From assembly GCA_041178085.1 (NCBI GenBank), contig JBEGVZ010000055.1:1-11710 (forward strand): DNA of 11,710 bases, written 5' to 3'. Origin of the DNA: Pseudomonadota bacterium (lineage in GTDB: Bacteria > Bdellovibrionota_B > Oligoflexia > Oligoflexales > RGVZ01). Positions 1-6,530 of this stretch are shown here, piece by piece. Position 1 is the first letter of the stretch. Each line of letters begins with the position of its first letter. Made by a program: the position numbers and the translations under genes. The notes beneath the pieces were generated by a model. That model saw nothing but the letters and a program-made list of their open reading frames with translations. It was not told the origin of the DNA and searched no databases.

Positions 1-44
1 GGGCCTGCGTGGTCCAAAGTCGGTTTCCTTGGCGAAGAGGGCAT
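1..44 (-). CDS. Possible 5' end of a divergent gene running off the left edge (MPSSPRKPTLDHAG...)
   Basis: Minus-strand ATG at 44-42, preceded by purine-rich AAGAAGAGAA. The frame is open to the window edge but too short to identify. Confidence 0.25.
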   Translation of the reverse strand, partial: MPSSPRKPTLDHAG

Positions 45-121
45 TTCTCTTCTTGAACTATGCCCACGGATCCACCATTAAGGCACGGACGGCATTTGGC
101 GTCAATGCGGCAAAAACAGGC

Positions 122-1828
122 ATGGGACAGGATTCAATGACTCCCGGGCAGACCGGAACAAGCATCGCCCACGGGGAAACCATCCATACGGATCACCTGG
201 TCATCGGGACCGGGATCGCCGGGCTCATGCTTGCTTTGAAACTTGCCCGGCATGGACGCGTTCTGGTCATTGCCAAGGGTTCCCTGGAAGACAACAACAC
301 CTGGATGGCCCAGGGTGGCATCGCCTCGGTTCTGGACAACGCAGATTCCTTCGAAAACCACGTACGGGATACGATCGCGGCAGGTGCTGGCCTTTGTCAC
401 CCGCCCGTGGTCCGCATGGTCGTCGAGAACGGCCCGCGCCTTATCCGCGAGCTGATCGATATCGGAGTCCGCTTCACGCGGACGGGCGACGAACCCGGTT
501 CGAACTATCATCTGACCCGTGAAGGCGGACATTCCCACCGGCGCGTCATCCACGCCGACGACCTCACCGGCAAGGAAGTTTTGAGTGCGTTGATCCGGGC
601 AGCCAAGGAGCAGCCTTCGATACGCATCCTCGAGCACCAGATGGCTGTGGACTTGGTGACGAGCAACAAATTTGGTCCCCAGGACCGTCGTGCCGGTTTC
701 GCGGCCCCAGAGTGCTTTGGGGCCTACGTGATGGACCGGGCGACGCGTGCGGTTTACCTGGTACAGAGCCCGCGGACTTATTTATGCACGGGTGGGCATG
801 GCAAGGCCTACCTTTATACTTCGAACCCGGACAGCGCGACTGGTGATGGCCTGGCCATGGCCTGGCGTGCCGGCTGCCGGATTGCGAACCTTGAATTCAT
901 GCAGTTCCACCCGACGTGCCTTTTTCACCCGCGGGCCAAGACTTTTCTGATATCCGAGGCGGTCCGGGGTGAGGGTGGAGTGCTCCGGGACCAGCAGGGT
1001 CGCTCGTTCATGGAGGCCTGGCACCCGATGGGGTCGCTCGCACCGCGTGACGTCGTCTCCCGTGCGATCGACGCCGAGTTGAAGAAAAGTGGTGCCTCCA
1101 ACGTGTTTCTAGATATCAGGCACCTTGGCGAGGAAAAACTGCGCCGCCTGTTCCCAAACATCTACCAGACCTGCCTTCAGTTCGGGATCGACATGGCGCG
1201 GGACATGATCCCGGTGGTGCCTGCGGCTCATTACAGTTGCGGTGGAGTTGCCGTGGACGACTCCGGGCGCACGGGCATTAGCGGTCTTTACGCCCTGGGT
1301 GAAGTCGCCTGTTCAGGGCTTCACGGAGCCAATCGCCTGGCTTCGAACAGCCTGCTCGAAGCCCTTGTTTACGCGGACCGTGTCGCTTCCGATGTGACGT
1401 CCGATTTGTGCGGAGATATCTCATCGGGTGCTGCAAGTGTCGCCAAGGTCGAGGCACAGGAACACGCCATTCCCGCCTGGGACAAGGGGAGTGCGGTGCC
1501 GCCGGACGAGCTGGTTGTACTTTCGCACAACTGGGACGAGATCCGTCGCTTGATGTGGCACTACGTGGGGATCGTCCGCAGCGAAAAAAGATTGAAGCGG
1601 GCCCTGAGCCGGATTGCGGCCATCAGGGCGGAGCTCGACGAATACTACTGGAACTACGAATTGACGGAGCAGCTGCTCGAAGTCCGCAACCTGGCCCTTG
1701 TGGCATGGCTGACAGTCCGGTGCGCCATGGCGCGCAAGGAATCTCGCGGCATCCATTTCACCATAGACCATCCCCGGCCGGACGAACGCCTGGCTGGCCG
1801 CGACACCATCATGGTGTCGGCGACTTGA
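122..1828 (+). CDS. nadB: L-aspartate oxidase (FAD-dependent, de novo NAD biosynthesis)
   Basis: FAD motif VIGTGIAG, plus MAQGGIA, TREGGHSHRRVIH, EFMQFHPT, LISEAVRGEG, LAPRDVVSRAI, AHYSCGGV, GLHGANRLASNSLLE and ESRGIHF. The start is probably ATG 122 or ATG 137 (CAGGA upstream) rather than TTG 29. Confidence 0.96.
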   Translation: MGQDSMTPGQTGTSIAHGETIHTDHLVIGTGIAGLMLALKLARHGRVLVIAKGSLEDNNTWMAQGGIASVLDNADSFENHVRDTIAAGAGLCHPPVVRMVVENGPRLIRELIDIGVRFTRTGDEPGSNYHLTREGGHSHRRVIHADDLTGKEVLSALIRAAKEQPSIRILEHQMAVDLVTSNKFGPQDRRAGFAAPECFGAYVMDRATRAVYLVQSPRTYLCTGGHGKAYLYTSNPDSATGDGLAMAWRAGCRIANLEFMQFHPTCLFHPRAKTFLISEAVRGEGGVLRDQQGRSFMEAWHPMGSLAPRDVVSRAIDAELKKSGASNVFLDIRHLGEEKLRRLFPNIYQTCLQFGIDMARDMIPVVPAAHYSCGGVAVDDSGRTGISGLYALGEVACSGLHGANRLASNSLLEALVYADRVASDVTSDLCGDISSGAASVAKVEAQEHAIPAWDKGSAVPPDELVVLSHNWDEIRRLMWHYVGIVRSEKRLKRALSRIAAIRAELDEYYWNYELTEQLLEVRNLALVAWLTVRCAMARKESRGIHFTIDHPRPDERLAGRDTIMVSAT

Positions 1829-2324
1829 CCCCGGTTGCAGATCCTTCCGGGATCGCCAGCGGATTTTCTTCGGCACTTGCCGCAAGCGTTCGGATATTTG
1901 GCATGGCAGCAATCTGTTCCGGAATGAACAGACGCACGGTTTCAAAGACCAGTGCCACCATGTCGACTCCGGTTTCACCCTCGTTGTCGACGACGATGTT
2001 CTGGCCGTCCATGAAGGCCCGGCGCATGCCTACCGTGAATTCGTTGCCATCCTTTTTCACCTTGATCGGAACGGCGGACGAAACGACTTCGAAGCCTTTC
2101 GCCTCCAACTCCCGCAGGATATTCGCCTTGGCAAACCGGTCGCACTTGACGGCAGTCTGGACGCGCGCCTTTTCACAATCCGGACAGCGGCGGCCAGCCC
2201 AGCGCTGGTGCTTGTGATCGATAAAGACTTTGGAGCCGTCCTTGAGCTTGGCTCCGCTCCAGACGCGAACTTTTTCCTGTTCACAATATGCGCAAATCTT
2301 GAGGGCGGGTTCATTACTGGTCAT
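1809..2324 (-). CDS. Hypothetical 171-aa protein: N-terminal CxxC...CxxC zinc ribbon plus a PD-(D/E)XK-like C-terminal domain lacking catalytic residues
   Basis: Strong SD GGAGGTG (2337-2331) just upstream of ATG 2324. CAYC and CPDC motifs. The 3' end overlaps the nadB 3' end by 20 nt. Fold assignment is by eye. Confidence 0.8.
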   Translation of the reverse strand: MTSNEPALKICAYCEQEKVRVWSGAKLKDGSKVFIDHKHQRWAGRRCPDCEKARVQTAVKCDRFAKANILRELEAKGFEVVSSAVPIKVKKDGNEFTVGMRRAFMDGQNIVVDNEGETGVDMVALVFETVRLFIPEQIAAMPNIRTLAASAEENPLAIPEGSATGVKSPTP

Positions 2325-2349
2325 TTCCTTCACCTCCCTGTGCCGGACG

Positions 2350-2378
2350 GAACCGATTCATGATCGGGTTCTAGTATA
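2350..2378. promoter_or_regulatory. Divergent intergenic region: imperfect palindrome GAACCGATTCATGATCGGGTTC and a minus-strand -10-like TATACT (2378-2373)
   Basis: Near-dyad symmetry centred on TCATGA. TATACT lies about 50 nt upstream of the ATG at 2324. No good -35. Confidence 0.35.
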
Positions 2379-2393
2379 CAAGGAAACGCGCGG

Positions 2394-3407
2394 ATGGGGT
2401 ATATTCTTGTCATGGTTGAGTTTTTGAGAAGAATTTTTTCCGGAAGCAAGAATTACAACGTTGGGCGCCTCGTCGACCGCCGCGTTTGTGATGGTCGCCC
2501 TTTTGGCGAAATCGGGGCACCTCAGTTCGACATCATCTGTGATATCGACAAGACCTACCTTGAAACAGAATTCGAAACGGTGGCGGACCTTGCGCGCACC
2601 GCCCTCGAAGACGCCGGTGACAAAGTCACGGTCGCCGGAGCCAGTGACGTCCTGATGGCGGCAAGGTGGGCTGCAGCCAGCCCATCCCCGAATGGGCTCC
2701 ATTTTGTTTCCTCGTCCCCGCCCCAACTGCGGCGCAAGCTGGAGACGAAACTCGCCCTGGACGGGCTGGACTGGACCAGCGACACCTTCAAGAACCAGGC
2801 TTATAACATTCGCAAGCGACGGCTCGGTTTTCTTCGTCATCACGTGGCCTATAAATCCCTGGCCATCCTTAATGTGGTCAACGCACGTGGTGCCGGGGGG
2901 CGTTACATCATGATTGGCGATAACGCCGAGTCAGACCCGGTGGTCTATGCCGGGGTGGCACGTCTGGTGAAGGGGGTGATTGATCCCACACAGTTCCGCG
3001 CCCATCTGGTGGATGCCGGGGTGCAGGCCGAGGAGCTCGGGCAGATCGATGCGGTGGCGGAGAAAGCCTGTGGCTCAGGTGAAGTTGCTGGAATATTCAT
3101 TCGCAAGGTGCCCGGTCCAAGGGGCCTGCGTCCACTGATCCAGTTGCCCGGCACCTGGCCGCAGATCCATGTGTTTCGCAATTTCTTTGAAGTGGCCCTG
3201 GGCCTGCTCGATGCCAAGGTGTTGCCACCTTCAGCCAAGCTGATGGTGGACTTGGCCGGGGCGTTGCACAACGCCTCATTCATTCCGGTTTTGGACTTGG
3301 CCGGATTGCTCGAGAAGCATGGCGGGACGGCAGAAGTTCCCGGGGTGGCAGCCGCCTGTCGCGACGCAGCCCTTTTGTTGCGCGCGAAAATTCCCGCCAG
3401 CGTCTGA
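2394..3407 (+). CDS. HAD-superfamily phosphatase, App1/DUF2183 (phosphatidate phosphatase APP1 catalytic domain)-like
   Basis: Motif I ICDIDKTY (DxDxT, 2541-2555), motif II HFVSSSP, conserved Lys region (AYKS), motif IV MIGDNAESDP (GDNAESD at 2916-2936). Start is ATG 2394 (AAGGA upstream) or ATG 2412. Confidence 0.8.
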   Translation: MGYILVMVEFLRRIFSGSKNYNVGRLVDRRVCDGRPFGEIGAPQFDIICDIDKTYLETEFETVADLARTALEDAGDKVTVAGASDVLMAARWAAASPSPNGLHFVSSSPPQLRRKLETKLALDGLDWTSDTFKNQAYNIRKRRLGFLRHHVAYKSLAILNVVNARGAGGRYIMIGDNAESDPVVYAGVARLVKGVIDPTQFRAHLVDAGVQAEELGQIDAVAEKACGSGEVAGIFIRKVPGPRGLRPLIQLPGTWPQIHVFRNFFEVALGLLDAKVLPPSAKLMVDLAGALHNASFIPVLDLAGLLEKHGGTAEVPGVAAACRDAALLLRAKIPASV

Positions 3408-3424
3408 GCCTGTTCAACTGATGA

Positions 3425-4180
3425 TCACGAGGGATTCTGCGGCACGATTGCCGGGTATTCCACTTTCAGGTCGACACCGCTGATTTGCCGGCTCAAGGAA
3501 GTGTGCACAAGGAATGCCGCCATCGATGCGGCAGCTGCTGCAGGAAGCCCGGCTGCGTGGATGTTGGAAATGCAGTTCCTTTGCGCATCGGTTTTGCCTC
3601 GTCCCGGACCCCACGTGAAGTAAACGCTCAACGACTCTGCCGTGGCCAGGCCTGGGCGCTCGCCGATCAAAACGAGAACCGATTTTGCCTGCAGCGTTTC
3701 TCCGATTTCATCACCAAGTGCAACCCGCGCGTGACGTGCGAGGACAACCTCGTTCACGCGCAAGCCCTTGTCTGCAAGGTTCCTGATGAACGGCAGGCAG
3801 AAGCCGGTTGCGTTCCGGTGCACAGCGTTCGCAGAAAGTCCGTCCGCGACGACCAGTGTGCAATCCCCGGGAGGAGCCTTGCTCGATGCGCGCAGGGTTG
3901 CCACCGAGTTGCTGGAAAGCCTGCGTCCCAGATCTGGATTGAGCAGAAACTCCTGCTTGTCGCGACAATTGGATTCCACTTCAAAAACATGTACCCCGGA
4001 CTGGACCAGGTTCGCCGCAATATCGCGGAAGTCGACATCCAGCCAGACGGCGTCCCGCGCCCGGGAGTGGGCCAGGCGGAAGTCCAGCAATTCCCTGGTC
4101 GGAACAGAATGACCAGCGCGACCCAGTGCGATCCGGGCATGGGTCAGTTTACGCAGGTCTTCCCACGGATCGTGTTTCAC
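3425..4180 (-). CDS. eutC: Ethanolamine ammonia-lyase light (beta) chain
   Basis: DPWEDLRKLTHARIALGRAG, LAHSRARDAV, PDLGRRL, VADGLSA, RVALGDEIGE, LIGERPGL, DAQRNCISNI. GTG start overlaps the eutB TGA (GTGA at 4180-4177). Confidence 0.96.
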   Translation of the reverse strand: MKHDPWEDLRKLTHARIALGRAGHSVPTRELLDFRLAHSRARDAVWLDVDFRDIAANLVQSGVHVFEVESNCRDKQEFLLNPDLGRRLSSNSVATLRASSKAPPGDCTLVVADGLSANAVHRNATGFCLPFIRNLADKGLRVNEVVLARHARVALGDEIGETLQAKSVLVLIGERPGLATAESLSVYFTWGPGRGKTDAQRNCISNIHAAGLPAAAAASMAAFLVHTSLSRQISGVDLKVEYPAIVPQNPS

Positions 4181-5592
4181 GCTTGCCCCTTCGGCAGCAA
4201 GTTGTGCGCGGCTTGCATGAGCCGCGAACGCGAAGCGGCGGGCAGCAGGCGTCCGCTGTCGTCGTGGACTCCCATCTTGATCAGCCAGGCTTCGAACTCC
4301 GGCGCCGCGCGCAAGTTGAGCGCACGCCGCACGTACTGGGCATCGTGAAACGAGGTCGACTGGTAATTGAGCATGATGTCATCCGCGCCTGGCACGCCCA
4401 TGAAGTAATTGCAGCCGGCGACTGCCAGCAAAGTCAGGAGTGTATCCATGTCGTCCTGATCTGCCTGGGCATGGTTGGTGTAACAAACGTCGCACCCCAT
4501 CGGCAGGCGCAGCATCTTTCCGCAGAAATGATCCTCAAGTCCTGCCCGGATGATTTGCTTGCCATCGAACAGGTATTCCGGGCCAATGAAGCCAACAACC
4601 GTGTTTACAAGAAAGGGATCGAACAGACGGGCCAGGCCATAGGCCCGCGCTTCGAGAGTTTGTTGGTCCAATGCTTGTCGGCCTGCGCCATCTTGACGGA
4701 AATGAGCCCCAGCCGACAGGCATGAGCCCTGTCCCGTTTCGAAGTACATGACTTGTGGGCCGCCTCGCCTCAACGCCAAGGCAGCATCCTGTGCCTCCCG
4801 CAGCAGCGAGATCGTCACCCCGAAGCTCTTGTTTGCAGCCTCTGTTCCGGCGATCGACTGGAAAACCAGGTCCACCGGTGCGCCCTGGGCGATCGCCTCG
4901 ATCTGGTTGGTGACATGACCAAGGACGCAGGACTGGGTCGGCACTCCGAGGCCGTCAATGATCCGGGACAGCAAGTGTTGCAACTCAATCATCCTTGCAA
5001 CGCTGTCCGTCGCCGGGTTGATGCCGATCACCGCATCGCCGCAGCCATACATCAATCCGTCGATCGTGGATGCCGTGATGCCGGCCGGGTCGTCGGTGGG
5101 GTGGTTGGGTTGCAGCCGGATTGCCAGATGTCCCTTCCCGCCAACGGTGCAGCGGAAGCGTGTCTGCACACAGGCCTTCGCAGCTACGGCGATCAGATCC
5201 TGGTTGCGCATGATCTTGGCGGCCGCGGCGACCATTTCCGGCAACAGGCCGGGTGCGATTGCCGCAAGGGCCGCATCGTCCGTCTGGTGCTCCAGAAGGA
5301 ACTCGCGAAAGCCGCCCACATCAAGATGGGCAATTTTCTGGAAGGCAGACTGATCCCAGGCGTCGCAGATGGCGCGGGTTACTTCATCGGATTCGTATGG
5401 AACAAGTGGGTTGTCGGCAAATTCCTTGAGGGGCGTCCCGGCCAGGCAGATTTGTGCAGCCACACGTTCCTCTTCCGAGGCGGCTGCCACCCCGGCAAGA
5501 ACGTCGCCTGACCTGTGCGGCGTGGCTTTGGCCATGATTTCGGCCAGGTTCCTGAACCGCCAGGTTTTGTTGCCAATGATGGTCGATCTCAC
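4177..5592 (-). CDS. eutB: Ethanolamine ammonia-lyase heavy (alpha) chain, AdoCbl-dependent
   Basis: AKATPHRSGDVLAGVAA, RLQPNHPTDD, GDAVIGINPA, DLVFQSIAGTE, MYFETGQGS, NTVVGFIGPEY, GLEDHFCGK, CYTNH, DDIMLNYQSTSFHD. GTG start overlaps the flagellin TGA (GTGA at 5592-5589). Confidence 0.97.
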   Translation of the reverse strand: MRSTIIGNKTWRFRNLAEIMAKATPHRSGDVLAGVAAASEEERVAAQICLAGTPLKEFADNPLVPYESDEVTRAICDAWDQSAFQKIAHLDVGGFREFLLEHQTDDAALAAIAPGLLPEMVAAAAKIMRNQDLIAVAAKACVQTRFRCTVGGKGHLAIRLQPNHPTDDPAGITASTIDGLMYGCGDAVIGINPATDSVARMIELQHLLSRIIDGLGVPTQSCVLGHVTNQIEAIAQGAPVDLVFQSIAGTEAANKSFGVTISLLREAQDAALALRRGGPQVMYFETGQGSCLSAGAHFRQDGAGRQALDQQTLEARAYGLARLFDPFLVNTVVGFIGPEYLFDGKQIIRAGLEDHFCGKMLRLPMGCDVCYTNHAQADQDDMDTLLTLLAVAGCNYFMGVPGADDIMLNYQSTSFHDAQYVRRALNLRAAPEFEAWLIKMGVHDDSGRLLPAASRSRLMQAAHNLLPKGQA

Positions 5593-6518
5593 CCCATGAT
5601 TCCCAGCAAATTGGTCGTCAGGAGTGAACTTACGTTGCCCTGGGCAAGAAGGGAAGTGGCTGCGTGGAGCAGGATCTTGGTCCGGGCGTAGTTTGAGGCT
5701 TCCTTGGCGAAATCAGTGTCTGCGATGTTGGATTTCGCAGCGGCAAGGTTTTCCTGATACACGTCGGTGAAGTCCATGGCACGCTGCATGCGCTGCTGTA
5801 ACGCGCCAAAAACCGAGCGCTGCTCAGTCAGGCGCGCCAAAGCTTCATCAAAAACTGTGGAATAGGTGGAATCTTGCGGAATCAGGATGTCGGCTACGTC
5901 CGAGACTGAAATTCCGTCATCGTCCGTCCCGATCAGCAGCTCCCTTGCGCTGTTGATGCCGAGGCCCTCGGTCGTTGCCAGGACGTTCTTGAATCCCTCG
6001 AAGGTGATCGTGTTGACATCTTCTCCCGCCAGACCGTCTTCCCCGGGTACGGGGTCACCCAGGCGGAAAACCAGGTTTTCAGGTGCGGTTGGATCACTGC
6101 CATTCAGCAGCGGAATGCCATTGTAAGTGGTCGTCGTTGCGATGCGGTTGATTTCGTCGTGCAGAGCCTCGTACTCGATGAACAAGTAACGACGGTCCCG
6201 GTCCGTGATGGTTGTGTTGGTGGCTGCGACGCCGATTTCCTTCATCCGCAGGACGATGTTATTGACTTCATTGAATGCGGACTCCGCCGTCTGCAGCATG
6301 CTGGAAGCATCGCTGACCTGCCTTTTTGCCGCCATCAAGCCCCTGATCTTGAACTCAAGGGATTCCGAAATGGCACGCTCGGAGGGACGGGGGTCTTGTT
6401 TGGTGAAGACAGTTCCCGACGAAAGCTTCTCGAGGGCGTCCTGGTTGGCCTCCTGGGCCTTCCTCAGGTACCGCTCGAGGGTCATCGAATTGGATTTGTC
6501 ACCGACATTGACGCCCAT
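5589..6518 (-). CDS. Flagellin-family protein (divergent, short variable domain)
   Basis: Flagellin_N features: LEKLSSG, SMLQTAESAFNEVNNIVLRMKEI, EINRIATTTTYNGIPLLNG. Flagellin_C features: RSVFGALQQRM, ENLAAAKSNIADTDFAKEASNYARTKIL, LLAQGN. SD-like CAGGA upstream of ATG 6518. Confidence 0.92.
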   Translation of the reverse strand: MGVNVGDKSNSMTLERYLRKAQEANQDALEKLSSGTVFTKQDPRPSERAISESLEFKIRGLMAAKRQVSDASSMLQTAESAFNEVNNIVLRMKEIGVAATNTTITDRDRRYLFIEYEALHDEINRIATTTTYNGIPLLNGSDPTAPENLVFRLGDPVPGEDGLAGEDVNTITFEGFKNVLATTEGLGINSARELLIGTDDDGISVSDVADILIPQDSTYSTVFDEALARLTEQRSVFGALQQRMQRAMDFTDVYQENLAAAKSNIADTDFAKEASNYARTKILLHAATSLLAQGNVSSLLTTNLLGIMG

Positions 6519-6530
6519 AACCTGTCCTGT

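Noticed and set aside
29..121. N-terminal extension of nadB from TTG 29
   Set aside because: No SD, and the NadB FAD motif begins far downstream. ATG 122 or 137 fits the family length better, and the region may contain a divergent gene start.
1408..2217. 269-aa plus-strand ORF and 185-aa minus-strand ORF (1421-1978) spanning the nadB end
   Set aside because: Alternative-frame or antisense overlaps of two better-supported genes, with Arg/Gly/Pro-rich non-protein-like composition.
3485..5511. Long plus-strand ORFs (3485-4348, 4126-4725, 4753-5511) antisense to eutBC
   Set aside because: Shadow ORFs expected opposite GC-rich genes. No recognisable motifs, and they fully overlap confident genes.
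5593..5700. Cobalamin riboswitch or ANTAR hairpins upstream of eutB
   Set aside because: The region is flagellin coding sequence with no intergenic space, and no B12-box or paired ANTAR motif was recognised.
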